A DNA stretch of 64,000 nt from a bacterium (GCA_965233585.1 CBDDTI010000746.1:352001-416000); one strand, 5' to 3'. Numbered from the stretch's first letter, positions 10,050-20,293 are shown. A program made the numbers and translations. The notes: a model not told the origin generated them from the letters alone.

Positions 10050-11612
10050 ATGACAGGAAGTGAACAGCGAGAAAAATTACAAAGGTAAATTTGGCAAATT
10101 GCTAACGAGGTCAGAGGGGCAGTTGATGGCTGGGATTTTAAGCAATATGTGCTTGGCACGTTGTTTTATCGCTTTATCAGCGAACACTTTGCCAGCTATA
10201 TTGAAGCAGGCGATAAAAGCATCAATTATGCTGAAACTTCTGACAGCGTCATCACAACAGCCATCAAAAACGATGCCATTCAAACCAAAGGTTATTTTAT
10301 CTATCCAAGCCGGCTTTTTGCTAATGTTGTCAACAATGCTGACACTAACGGCAGCCTCAATACCGACTTAGCCAACATCTTCAGCCAGATTGAAAACTCT
10401 GCTACTGGTTACCCTTCTGAACAACACATCAAAGGGTTATTTGCTGATTTTGACACCACCAGCAACCGCTTAGGGGGTACAGTGCAAGCCAAGAATGAAC
10501 GTTTGGCGAAGGTCTTGAAAGGGGTAGCAGGTTTAAGATTAGATGATTTTCAAGGCAATCAAATTGACCTCTTCGGTGATGCTTATGAGTTTTTAATCCA
10601 CAACTACGCCGCCAATGCAGGTAAGTCAGGAGGTGAGTTTTTTACTCCGCAAAATGTCTCTAAATTGATTGCACAGCTTGCCATGCACGGGAAAGATGAG
10701 ACAAACAAAGTCAACAAAATCTATGACCCCGCTTGCGGTTCTGGCTCATTACTGCTACAAGCCAAAAAGCAGTTTGATGAGCATCTTGTAGAAGATGGCT
10801 TTTTTGGTCAAGAGATTAATCACACGACTTACAACCTTGCCCGTATGAACATGTTCTTGCATAACATCAATTACGACAAGTTTCACATTCAGCAAGGCAA
10901 CACTTTAACAAGCCCATATTTTGGCAACGACAAACCTTTTGACGCCATTGTTTCAAATCCTCCCTATTCTATCAAATGGGTTGGTTCTGATGACCCGACC
11001 TTGATTAATGACGACCGCTTTGCTCCTGCAGGCGTTCTTGCTCCCAAGTCCAAAGCAGATTTTGCTTTTATCATGCACGCTTTAAGTTACTTGTCAGCCA
11101 AGGGAAGGGCTGCCATTGTCTGCTTTCCCGGTATCTTTTACCGCGGCGGTGCAGAGCAGAAAATCCGTCAGTATTTAGTGGACATGAACCACGTTGAAAC
11201 CGTCATCGCCCTTGCTCCTAATTTATTTTACGGCACTTCTATTGCCGTGACTATTTTAGTGCTTGCCAAAAATAAAATTGACACAAACATTCAATTCATT
11301 GATGCCAGCGGCGAACAATTTTTCAAAAAAGGAACCAACAATAATGTCCTGACCGATGAGTATATAAAGCAGCTTATTGAGCTATTTGCCAACAAAAAAG
11401 ACGTGCCGCATATTGCCCAATCCGTTACTTTAGAGGCTATCAAAGCCAACGACTACAACCTATCAGTCGCAAGCTATGTAGAAGCCAAAGACACCCGCGA
11501 AGTCATTGACATTACAATGCTCAATGCTGACTTAAAAAATACCGTTGCTAAGATTGACAATTTACGCACTGATATTGACGCCATCGTTGCAGAGATTGAG
11601 GGGGAAGCATAA
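10050..11612 (+). pseudogene. hsdM: Type I RM methyltransferase subunit M with in-frame TAA at codon 13 (10086-10088)
   Basis: ATG10050 [33 protein letters not shown] continues in frame into ORF 10149; [18 protein letters not shown] motifs. Confidence 0.85.
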
Positions 11613-11640
11613 CCGAGAGCTAAACATCAAAGACTAAACC

Positions 11641-12687
11641 ATGACCAAAGAACTACAATTTTTCATCTACCAAACCTCAGACGAAAGCATCACCGTTGAT
11701 GTAATGATGCAAGACGAGACCATTTGGCTAAGCCAAAGACAAATGGGGGAGTTGTTTGGGATTGACCGTACAGGCATTAGCAGACATTTAAAAAATATTT
11801 TTGAATCGGGAGAATTGGACGAAAAAGTGGTCTGTGCAAATTTTACACATACCACTCAACATGGTGCAATTCAGGGGAAAACCCAAGACAGAAATGTCAC
11901 TTATTACAACCTAGATGCAATCATTTCCCTTGGCTATCGGGTCAACTCTGCTAAAGCCACCCAATTTAGAATCTGGGCAACGGGCGTTTTAAAGGAATAC
12001 ATCAAAAAGGGTTTTGTCTTAGATGACGAACGTCTCAAGCAAGGTGAATCTGTTTTTGGCAAAGATTATTTTCGTGAACTCTTAGACCGCATTCGTTCCA
12101 TTCGCAGCAGCGAACGCAGAATCTGGCAACAAATCACTGACATCTTTGCTGAATGCAGTCTGGACTATGACAAAAATTCTCAAATTACCCACGATTTTTA
12201 TGCGATGGTTCAAAATAAATTTCATTTTGCCATCACTGGGCAAACAGCGGCAGAAATTGTCTATTCCAACGCAGACCAAAATCAAGAAAATATGGGATTA
12301 AAAACATGGAAAAACGCCCCTGACGGACGCATTCTAAAATCTGATGTAACCATTGCCAAAAATTATCTATCAGAAAAAGAAATCAAACAATTAGAACGTA
12401 CCGTAACAGGATATTTTGATTATGTAGAGGATTTGGTAGAGCGGGAAAATACCTTCACTATGCAACAATTTGCTGACAGCATCAACGCCTTTCTAGCATT
12501 TAGACAATATAAGATTTTATCAGGCAAAGGAACAATATCTAAAAAGCAAGCAGATTTAAAAGCAGGTGAAGCATACAATGCTTTTAATAAAACCCAAAAA
12601 ATCAACTCTGACTTTGACAAAACCATCAAAGCCATTAAAAACAAAACTGCCAAAAATAACACCACAAATACAGATGAACAATCATAA
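11641..12687 (+). CDS. RhuM-family (virulence RhuM) DNA-binding protein
   Basis: ETIWLSQ, HLKNIFESGEL, YNLDAIISLGYRVNS, ATQFRIWA, IRSSERR, AKNYL. Confidence 0.9.
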   Translation: MTKELQFFIYQTSDESITVDVMMQDETIWLSQRQMGELFGIDRTGISRHLKNIFESGELDEKVVCANFTHTTQHGAIQGKTQDRNVTYYNLDAIISLGYRVNSAKATQFRIWATGVLKEYIKKGFVLDDERLKQGESVFGKDYFRELLDRIRSIRSSERRIWQQITDIFAECSLDYDKNSQITHDFYAMVQNKFHFAITGQTAAEIVYSNADQNQENMGLKTWKNAPDGRILKSDVTIAKNYLSEKEIKQLERTVTGYFDYVEDLVERENTFTMQQFADSINAFLAFRQYKILSGKGTISKKQADLKAGEAYNAFNKTQKINSDFDKTIKAIKNKTAKNNTTNTDEQS

Positions 12688-12765
12688 AATCTCAGAGAAC
12701 TTTGCACAAATAGACACACAAGAACTAGAAATCAATTTATTATCACAAAAATTGAGGGAGGTAAT

Positions 12766-13098
12766 ATGTACTTTCTTGTAGAACATAACCGAGACACCAA
12801 GCACACTGAAGTTGGGGAATTTACAGATTTTGATGAGGCAAAGAAGCAATTCTTTAAACGAGAACAACATTATTTGCAACAGGGGCAAGATGAAATGGAA
12901 GTTGTCCTTTTTGAATCAGAGTCACTAGATACTTTAACGGCAACACATAGTCGCTATTTTGTCAATGACTATGAAAAAAATAATGAAAAAAAAGGAGGCA
13001 AAATAGGCGATGCTCTGATAGCAACAGGCGTTGCTTTCATAGCAGTTGGTTTAGTCTCATTAGCCGTTGGAATCCTTACTAAACATTTAGACGAGTAA
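12766..13098 (+). CDS. Hypothetical protein with C-terminal TM helix
   Basis: Strong RBS (GGGAGG) before ATG; hydrophobic C-terminus [22 protein letters not shown]. Confidence 0.6.
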   Translation: MYFLVEHNRDTKHTEVGEFTDFDEAKKQFFKREQHYLQQGQDEMEVVLFESESLDTLTATHSRYFVNDYEKNNEKKGGKIGDALIATGVAFIAVGLVSLAVGILTKHLDE

Positions 13099-13132
13099 AA
13101 TATCTCAAATTTTTTCAAACCGCTCATTGCCG

Positions 13133-13595
13133 ATGGTCTTACCTAACAAACTCAACCTTGCCAATCAAGTTGACCTTGCCAAAGCAGAAGAAAAAATCGG
13201 CAAACAACAGGCAAAAAAGCTCTTTGATTCTGGTGAAATAGACAAGGTAGAAGTTGGCACTTTCAAAGGGTTGGCGTGCATTCACGCTTATTTGTTTGGT
13301 CAAATCTATGACTTTGCAGGCATCATGCGCACCGTCAACCTCAGCAAAGGCGACTTCCGCTTTGCACCTGTCATATATCTCCAACAAGCCTTACAACATA
13401 TTGACCAAATGCCTCAACACACCTTTGACCAAATCATTCAAAAATATGTTGAGATGAACATCGCCCACCCTTTCCGTGAAGGCAACGGACGCACAACACG
13501 CATCTGTCTTGACCTCATGCTTAAAAAACACCTCAAACAAGTCATTGATTGGAACGCCATAGACAAAGACGACTACCTTTCTGCCATGCAACGAA
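13133..13595 (+). pseudogene. fic: Fic-domain adenylyltransferase truncated by IS1
   Basis: HPFREGNGR motif; reading runs into the IS inverted repeat after DYLSAMQR, native C-terminus absent. Confidence 0.8.
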
Positions 13596-13603
13596 GGCAG
13601 TGT

Positions 13604-13984
13604 TCACTTGATATTGGCATGATATTTTTCAAACCTTTTATAGTCAAAGAAGAGTTGTAGAGAGTGTTCCAGCATGTCAAAAGTTTTGGAATGTCGTTTA
13701 GATTTTCTCATCAAGCGAGCTAGGTTATCTCTGATGGAAGAATTAGAAGATTCAATGAGATGAGTGTTGTCCTTGCCTATCTGATGCTTTTGTGGAATTT
13801 GGAGTTGTGCAAATGCCACTTGATAGCATGAGTTGGCATCTGTATAAATCGTTTCAATTCTAGCTCGTTGTGCTTTGACTAGTGCATACAGCTGCTTTGC
13901 TGCTGCTAATCCTTTGCCTATCACAAAGGCAATCACACATTGTTCTTGACGAGAATAGGCTGTCCAAACAGCTACTCTTTGGCT
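13604..13984 (-). CDS. insB: IS1 InsB-like DDE part, reached by -1 frameshift
   Basis: -1 frame reads [53 protein letters not shown]. Confidence 0.8.
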   Translation of the reverse strand, partial: SQRVAVWTAYSRQEQCVIAFVIGKGLAAAKQLYALVKAQRARIETIYTDANSCYQVAFAQLQIPQKHQIGKDNTHLIESSNSSIRDNLARLMRKSKRHSKTFDMLEHSLQLFFDYKRFEKYHANIK

Positions 13985-14319
13985 TTTTTTTGAACAAAAG
14001 TGTAGATCTCATCCATCTCTATACTATCTACTTGTGCATGGAAACTTGGTGCGTCTTTTGGAAGTTGAGACACTCTAGCTTTTTTGATCCAGTTGACAAT
14101 TGAAGCGGGAGACACCTGCAAAAAACGAGCGATCTTTCTGATGCCTACACTATTGACATACATCTCTAAGGCTTGACGCTTGGTCTCTAGTGGGATTCTC
14201 AAACCATTTGAGGTGAATGCTCTCTGACATGACTTGCAACGATACCTCTGAACCCCTTTGTAACTTCCATTCTTGATATAAGTCTGACTCCCACAATGAT
14301 GACAACTTCTCATTTCCAT
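13972..14319 (-). CDS. insA: IS1 InsA-like N-terminal part (zinc ribbon + HTH)
   Basis: CHHC...QRYRCKSC, HTH GIRKIARFLQVS, ends [10 protein letters not shown] at an A8 slippery run (T8 at 13984-13991 on +). Confidence 0.85.
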   Translation of the reverse strand: MEMRSCHHCGSQTYIKNGSYKGVQRYRCKSCQRAFTSNGLRIPLETKRQALEMYVNSVGIRKIARFLQVSPASIVNWIKKARVSQLPKDAPSFHAQVDSIEMDEIYTFVQKKAKE

Positions 14320-14504
14320 TCCTCAAATTCACTCTCACATGCAATGACAATACCAACTAAACACTGCTCCTTAGCAGTGGCTTACTCACGTCAAGCAAGG
14401 TAATTTTATTTTGGCAGATTCCCAAATTGGGAGAAACAATAAAAGATTTTGCAAGAAAGAGAATTAGGCAAGAGGTAGTTTTTGAGATTAGTGTTGCATT
14501 TGTC

Positions 14505-15071
14505 TCACATTTTATTCACCTTAAAAATGAGAAGGGATAAGGATTTATCAAAGCTTTGATAAATCTTCTCTTGTTTTTTCTGTTGAAGTATTGTGTATTT
14601 AAACCCTTTTTCCTGAAAACTTCCGCCAGTGACAATGTTTTTGTACTGGTAACGGAAGTTTTTTATCTCTTCAAACTCCTTTTGAAAGATATTTTTGTGA
14701 GAATACTCAGATAGTGTAATTATTGTATCAAGTTGGTGTGCGATAGTAGTAAATAAGTGAATCAAATGGGATTCCCTGTCTTTTGAAACTGCTGACTTTC
14801 GCACACATTCTGTGACAACACGATTGACACTTGTAACAGTTTCTTGCAGTGTTTCAATTTTTCGGATGATAACATTTTTTTCACTTCGCTTATTGTGCAT
14901 ACTTTTTTCTAGAAAGTTTGGAATATAAACAGCTAGAAAAATTGTGACGAGTAATGTCGCAAACTCTACAATGTCAATTTGTTCTTCAAAGGGGAAAGCT
15001 GGGTAGTAATGTTGCGTCCCTACTCCAATAACAATACCTAATAGCAGACTTACGATAATAAGTTTTGTCAT
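14505..15071 (-). CDS. Hypothetical membrane protein (2 N-terminal TM segments, helical cytoplasmic domain)
   Basis: Hydrophobic segments at about aa 4-18 and 34-52; start overlaps the upstream stop (TAATG). Confidence 0.7.
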   Translation of the reverse strand: MTKLIIVSLLLGIVIGVGTQHYYPAFPFEEQIDIVEFATLLVTIFLAVYIPNFLEKSMHNKRSEKNVIIRKIETLQETVTSVNRVVTECVRKSAVSKDRESHLIHLFTTIAHQLDTIITLSEYSHKNIFQKEFEEIKNFRYQYKNIVTGGSFQEKGFKYTILQQKKQEKIYQSFDKSLSLLIFKVNKM

Positions 15072-15400
15072 TAGGCATTAGCTTCTTTGATATATTCAGT
15101 TATATCTCCTTCTAAAAAAGGATCATCTTTTGATTTAAATTCTAAATTAGCGAGAACGATTTTCCAATCCTTATATTCTCTTACTAATCCGCCAAAAGCC
15201 GCCTCCAAAAATGAAGTGGCATACCCAGCTGTATCATCAAGATCAATAAACACCTTTTTCTTTTCGGAAAGAGCTTGCTTAAACTTTGGAAGGAGGATTC
15301 TTGATAGAAACTCTTCACCTGAGTAATCACCTTCTTCTGATTCCCGTACACCCGGAGTCGTCGTGTAATCATACGCTATTTTGATAGTTATTTTATCCAT
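15071..15400 (-). CDS. STAS-like domain protein (DUF4325)
   Basis: PGVR...SGEEF, VFIDLDDTAGYATSFLEAAFGGLV signature; ATG 15400 overlaps the end of the upstream gene. Confidence 0.8.
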   Translation of the reverse strand: MDKITIKIAYDYTTTPGVRESEEGDYSGEEFLSRILLPKFKQALSEKKKVFIDLDDTAGYATSFLEAAFGGLVREYKDWKIVLANLEFKSKDDPFLEGDITEYIKEANA

Positions 15401-16371
15401 TTGTTTGTTTTGTTTAATTCCCAATAAATAAATGTCCCACTAAATTCTTTTGATAGCTTTTCATACTTTCCCATGCTTAAATCAGCCTTGACATCATTTG
15501 AGACAATTTTTAGGTTACTGTAGGCATTTCTTTTTGATGCTCCCAGATAAATACTCGGTAATCCCTTTCCTCTATAACGAAGCTGCGTACTCGACATTTT
15601 ACGACCCTCAATGATTTTCTTCAATACCTCCCGATTATCGGTAAAACCGAAACGATCAGTCAATTTCTCTTTAAGAGATATCACTTTTTTAGTCTTAAAA
15701 ATACCTACTCCCATATCAACGAAAGCGAAAGACGCCTTCTTGGCAGATTCATTATAATAAACAGTTAACCACCATGTTTCATGTCCAACCTGATCTGGCT
15801 TTGCATGGTAACACGTATTTGCCATACACTCCATCAATGCTCTATAAACACCTTGACACCTAGCTTCATGATCAAAAACAAATTTAGTTGTTTGTTTTAT
15901 AATTTCATTAGCTATAGCTCCGTCTGCTTTCTTATTTTGCTGAGTAAGAATGTAGTTTTTGTGTTTGTTCTTTGTATTCGCACCAAAAATCCCACTTTCT
16001 ATAAAAATTCTCCTCAGTTTTTTCTTTCTTGGAGAATTACCTTGTATTGACACGCCTTGCTTAATTGAGAGGCTCTGGACAGTTGCAAGCAATAAGACAA
16101 TAGCATCATTAGTTAGTTTATCAATACTTTTAAGGTCTATGAGTACCGATACGTCTTTATCAATATGGGAACGAATTTTTTTCAGGTAGGAAATCACCCC
16201 TGCGGTATTTTCAATAAATGAAAAGTTGCGTGGTGCAGGCAGTTTTTTAAAATGGTCGGTAGATTGACGTGTTTTGTTACGTCTTTTTTTACTTAATCGT
16301 TGTTTTAAACAATCTTTAGCGTGTTTGGTATTGCGTTTTTTGTACTCATCCGTTGAGTAAAGTTTTTTCAC
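15388..16371 (-). CDS. STAS-like + GHKL (histidine-kinase-like) ATPase / anti-sigma-kinase-like protein
   Basis: VLIDLKSIDKLTNDAIVLL (STAS-like), ECMANTCYHA (N box), DMGVGI (G1), RGKGL (G2), GTFI; no HisKA H-box seen. Confidence 0.75.
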   Translation of the reverse strand: MKKLYSTDEYKKRNTKHAKDCLKQRLSKKRRNKTRQSTDHFKKLPAPRNFSFIENTAGVISYLKKIRSHIDKDVSVLIDLKSIDKLTNDAIVLLLATVQSLSIKQGVSIQGNSPRKKKLRRIFIESGIFGANTKNKHKNYILTQQNKKADGAIANEIIKQTTKFVFDHEARCQGVYRALMECMANTCYHAKPDQVGHETWWLTVYYNESAKKASFAFVDMGVGIFKTKKVISLKEKLTDRFGFTDNREVLKKIIEGRKMSSTQLRYRGKGLPSIYLGASKRNAYSNLKIVSNDVKADLSMGKYEKLSKEFSGTFIYWELNKTNKWIK

Positions 16372-16435
16372 AACTAAATTTCTTCGCTACCCTTCAACCT
16401 CATAACGCCTGCTATTCCACACACCAGCTAACACA

Positions 16436-16459
16436 CTCTATCATTTAAGAAATGATAGA
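16436..16459. promoter_or_regulatory. Perfect 10-bp inverted repeat upstream of the GHKL operon (possible operator)
   Basis: TCTATCATTT-AAG-AAATGATAGA about 65 bp upstream of the GTG at 16371. Confidence 0.35.
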
Positions 16460-16602
16460 TTCAACCGAAAAAATCTTTTTTGAACACCAAAGCCCCAATA
16501 CACAGGCGCAGCTGATACAGTAGCAAGAGTATTTGAGTTTCTTGATGCAACCGTCCCAAATCTTTATTAATCCTGATGCTGTCAGAGGAATAGGTAATGA
16601 CT

Positions 16603-17286
16603 TCAAAATTTGGTTTTGAGCTTTAAAGAGATGCGGGCTTTGTCTACGTAAGGAGTAAGAGAATACTTTGAGGTGTGGTCTGTCAAAAAGTATAAGGCAG
16701 AAGAGCCAATCAAAGCACCTGCAACAACATCATCGTTCAGTGATTGTTGAGCTTGGACTGGACGGGATTTGATACGATTTTTGTCAGTGTGAGGAATAGA
16801 TGAATAGTCTGAATGGTTGTCGGTCAAAAAATAGGCAGAAGCCGAACCAATCAAAGCACCTGCAACAACATCAATGAGAAAGTGTTTTTTGGCATAGACA
16901 CGGCTGAATGCTGTGAAAGTAGCCGCAAGGTAAGGGATTTCAGCCGCTTGAAATCCGTAGCGAACATGTAAATAAGTGGCACTGTGAAAAGTCATGGACG
17001 TATGTGCAGAAGGGAACGATTCTTCATCTGATTGGTCTGGACGTTCTTTGTCAATGGCTTTTTTCAAACCAAACGTGACTAGTGCATTAACTCCCAGAGA
17101 TTTGAACCACATCATGCCTCCTTCTTCATCTCCTTTGTCCAAACTACTGCCTATCGCCCATGCTGGCAAGGTCACAAGAATCACATCACCTGCTCGCTGT
17201 ATGCTACCTTTCTCGGATTCTTGTGCGAAAGTTAACGACACAAATAATGACGTTATCAGGGTAAGAATACTAAATTTTTGATACAT
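16603..17286 (-). CDS. PAP2-family phosphatase (LpxE-like) with duplicated C-terminus
   Basis: Signal peptide; KKAIDKERP, SFPSAH, SRVYAKKHFLIDV. Confidence 0.85.
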   Translation of the reverse strand: MYQKFSILTLITSLFVSLTFAQESEKGSIQRAGDVILVTLPAWAIGSSLDKGDEEGGMMWFKSLGVNALVTFGLKKAIDKERPDQSDEESFPSAHTSMTFHSATYLHVRYGFQAAEIPYLAATFTAFSRVYAKKHFLIDVVAGALIGSASAYFLTDNHSDYSSIPHTDKNRIKSRPVQAQQSLNDDVVAGALIGSSALYFLTDHTSKYSLTPYVDKARISLKLKTKF

Positions 17287-17380
17287 GATTGACCCAACAA
17301 AGAAAAATAAATCTCCCGATTATAAAACATCTGAAAAGATTGTCAATGTCTATCTATTAGACAAATTTTTGAACGAACGG

Positions 17381-18250
17381 TTACCTTGCTTGTGACATTT
17401 GTAAAAATTGTCCTATGGAATACACCGCCAAGCCACACCATATCAAAACAAAGGAAACCAGTAAGTCTGTGTTTAAAGGTTGCTTGAACCAGAAAAGACC
17501 TTCTAAGAATTGTAGTGATGGGGTCAGGTAGCTGATTAATCCTAAATGAGCTAAAGGTATAAGCCTTGAAATTGATGCAAAAATGATCAATGGCAAAATG
17601 GTGATTCCCCCGCCAATCAACAACAGTAAGATGTCATAACGATTTGTGCCAAAAACTGGCTCACCATTGAAAAACATGAAGACTAGAGTTATCAAAAAAA
17701 ATGGTGCAATCGTCATCATCTCTACGGTGAAACAAACACGCACGTCACCTTTTGAGGTTTTTCGCAAGACGCTATAAGCACAAAGCGACCCTGCCAACCC
17801 GATTGCAATCCATGAGAAACTCCCTATTTTTAAAACTTGATAGCCCAGAGAAAGTGATGCACAAAGAATCGCAAAGGTCAGGTTCCACCTCAGCTTTTCC
17901 TGAAAAAACACAATTCCAATCAGCATGTTTAAAAGCGGTAAAATGAAGTATCCCATGCTGACTTCCAACACATAGCCTTGCTCCAAAGCGGCTAAAAAAA
18001 TCAGCCAATTTGTTGCAATCAAAACCCCGCAACCCATATTGGTTAAGACACTTTTTTTGTCTTTTAAGTGCAGTTCTTTCAGCCGACCAATGCTTTTTAA
18101 AATCATAAGCATTAAACATGTGGCAACCAACCCCCTGTACATTAGAATCACCAGAGGCGGAAGATGTTTCATCAACGTAAAATAAAGAGGAAAGAATCCC
18201 CACATCAAGAATCCAGAGAAGGCTAAAAGGTAAACTCGCATGCAATTCAA
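17381..18250 (-). CDS. rarD: RarD / EamA-family transporter
   Basis: WGFFPLYF, NWLIF, SMGYFILPL, YLTPSLQF, FVLIWCGL; about 10 TM segments. Confidence 0.85.
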   Translation of the reverse strand: MNCMRVYLLAFSGFLMWGFFPLYFTLMKHLPPLVILMYRGLVATCLMLMILKSIGRLKELHLKDKKSVLTNMGCGVLIATNWLIFLAALEQGYVLEVSMGYFILPLLNMLIGIVFFQEKLRWNLTFAILCASLSLGYQVLKIGSFSWIAIGLAGSLCAYSVLRKTSKGDVRVCFTVEMMTIAPFFLITLVFMFFNGEPVFGTNRYDILLLLIGGGITILPLIIFASISRLIPLAHLGLISYLTPSLQFLEGLFWFKQPLNTDLLVSFVLIWCGLAVYSIGQFLQMSQAR

Positions 18251-19161
18251 GTGTAATACGGATTTTCACCTGTTGTATGGTCAGTCGCATCAATGATTTC
18301 TTTCACATCAGGAATGTTTTCTTTCAACGTTTTTTCTACTCCCAACTTCAAAGTTTGTGCAGACATACTACACCCATGGCAGCCACCACCAAAAATCAAG
18401 TAAATGTTCCCTTCTTCTGCTTTCAAAAATTCCACATACCCCCCATGCCCTGCAACCATCGGGTTAATCTCTTCTGCTAGTAAACGATTGGTCACCGACT
18501 CTATCGTTTCACCTTCTTTGAGTGGAGGCACTTCCCAAGTTTGATTTGAAGCAATAAGTTCATTGTTGCAAACATCAATCTTGGTTTGTTTGAGGTAAAG
18601 CAATGTTTCATGGGTTGTGCATAAAGACATGCCCTCATGTTCAAGAATCAATTCATGGCTTGCCAAATCTTGCTTGTCTTTCAGAAAGCACTCATAGCTT
18701 GCCCGTTTGGGAGAGATTGGCTGTGCTGCCAAATAAACCCATTGAGACGCATCTGCCTTTTGCACAAACTCCTTAGCTTCAGCTGTGATTTCAAAGGTAG
18801 CTTGCATCAAAAAATCAATCAGGTCATCATAAGACTCAATGAATGCAAAGACATCAAAACCGTTCTCGTAAAGCATTTCTCCTGCCTTTTCTACCTCGCC
18901 ACGACCATTGCCATACAGCAGTAAATCGCCTTGATAGGGCATCTGATAGATAGAGCTTTCAAAATATTCAAAAGGCAGGTTATACGAACCTGACAAATGT
19001 GATTCTTCGTATTCTTCTGGTGAACGGAGGTCAAACACAAAGGGACGTTCTGAGGTTCTTCTTCTTTCAAGAAAATCTTCAAAACTGACGCGATAGTCTC
19101 CAGGGTTGTAAACCTCTTCTTCCGCCTGTGATGATTCTGATAAATTAGTGAAATTAAACAT
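18247..19161 (-). CDS. Rhodanese-like domain fused to NfuA-type Fe-S carrier
   Basis: DLRSPEEYEESHLSGS; C-terminal INPMVAGHGG, GGGCHGC, DATDH..GENPYY; ATG 19161 follows AGAGG. Confidence 0.8.
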   Translation of the reverse strand: MFNFTNLSESSQAEEEVYNPGDYRVSFEDFLERRRTSERPFVFDLRSPEEYEESHLSGSYNLPFEYFESSIYQMPYQGDLLLYGNGRGEVEKAGEMLYENGFDVFAFIESYDDLIDFLMQATFEITAEAKEFVQKADASQWVYLAAQPISPKRASYECFLKDKQDLASHELILEHEGMSLCTTHETLLYLKQTKIDVCNNELIASNQTWEVPPLKEGETIESVTNRLLAEEINPMVAGHGGYVEFLKAEEGNIYLIFGGGCHGCSMSAQTLKLGVEKTLKENIPDVKEIIDATDHTTGENPYYT

Positions 19162-19246
19162 AAAGCCTCTATAAGTGGAAGGGTTAAAAGTCAAATTGTA
19201 TTCTATGGGAGTTGCTGTAAGTTGACAAGGTGTGAAGGTTTTGACA

Positions 19247-20293
19247 TCAAATTTTGTGATGCTGGACTCTAGCTTTTCTGCTTAAATTGAGCAAAAAAGT
19301 TGCTTGTTCCAAAACCTGTTCAGGGGCAATGCCTGACAAACATTCAAGGTGGCATTTTGGATACATACAAGCATTTTTACAACCCGGGTCATACTCAGCC
19401 GCCTGATGAATTTGTGAGTTTGGAGGATTCCAATTTTTGGCATGAGGTTTTCCAAAGATAGCTAGTGATGGTGTGTTGGCACAAATCGCCAAATGTCTGA
19501 TGCCATTGTCATTGCCAAGATGCAGGTGCGTTTTTTCTAAAATCGCAACAGTTTGCGGAAGCGTTGGAATGTCAAATGCAGGCAAAGGCTGGTAAGTCAT
19601 TGCATTTTTGACTGCATTGATCTGGTCTTCTTCTCCGTATCCGTATAAAAATAAGATTTTTGCATCATAGTTTTTGATGAAATAGTCTGCAAGAGTGGCA
19701 AAGTGTTGAGGATTCCATCTTTTGTAAGGTTGCCTAGAAACAGGAGACATGGAAATCACAAGGTCATCGTGTTGGATTCCCAATGACTCAAATAAAACTC
19801 CTGCATCATGCCTTGCTTGTTCATCAATGAAAAAATCCAAATCTGCTGACCGAGACGTCACGCCTAAAGGTTGCAATAACTCCAGTTTATGCAGCGCAGA
19901 ATAATCACCAAATTTGCCATGTTGAATACTTTCACTATACAAAAAACGACGGCTCACTCGGAAGCCAATCCGACGTTTTGCCCCAGAAAACCACGCAATC
20001 AATGCACTGCTAGAACTTCCTGAAAAATCAATCACTACATCAAATCTTGCTTGCCGAATATTACTGAAAAATAAAATTTTTTTGAGAACATGCTGTTTGC
20101 GAGGATACAACCAAACTTTTTGAACATAAGGACTATGCTGGAAGATTTGGTCGCATGGTTTGTCAGTCAAAAAATGAATTTCTGCATCTGGCAAATGGCA
20201 AGCCAGTTCTCTCAAAGCAGGTGTCGTCATCAGTGTATCACCAATCCGTTTGAGCTGAATGAGCAAGAATTTAGGATTTGTTTTTGGCGTCAA
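19247..20293 (-). CDS. Glycosyltransferase family 9 (heptosyltransferase-like)
   Basis: RIGDTLMTTP, KRW, GNDNGIRHLA, AIFG. Confidence 0.9.
   Translation of the reverse strand: MTPKTNPKFLLIQLKRIGDTLMTTPALRELACHLPDAEIHFLTDKPCDQIFQHSPYVQKVWLYPRKQHVLKKILFFSNIRQARFDVVIDFSGSSSSALIAWFSGAKRRIGFRVSRRFLYSESIQHGKFGDYSALHKLELLQPLGVTSRSADLDFFIDEQARHDAGVLFESLGIQHDDLVISMSPVSRQPYKRWNPQHFATLADYFIKNYDAKILFLYGYGEEDQINAVKNAMTYQPLPAFDIPTLPQTVAILEKTHLHLGNDNGIRHLAICANTPSLAIFGKPHAKNWNPPNSQIHQAAEYDPGCKNACMYPKCHLECLSGIAPEQVLEQATFLLNLSRKARVQHHKI

Larger units (their letters stand above)
13596..14368 (-). mobile_element. IS1-family insertion sequence (~770 bp)
   Basis: Imperfect 24-bp terminal IRs GCAGTGTTCACTTGATATTGGCAT / GCAGTGTTTAGTTGGTATTGTCAT (20/24 match); InsA/InsB-like ORFs; no clear target duplication. 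Confidence 0.9.

Noticed and set aside
10086..10088. Stop-codon reassignment or read-through explaining the TAA in hsdM
   Set aside because: TAA ends many intact genes here (metK, serS, pheA), so a point mutation or error is simpler.
13972..13995. Split transposase as a pseudogene or novelty
   Set aside because: A -1 frameshift on an A-run between InsA and InsB is the normal IS1 arrangement.
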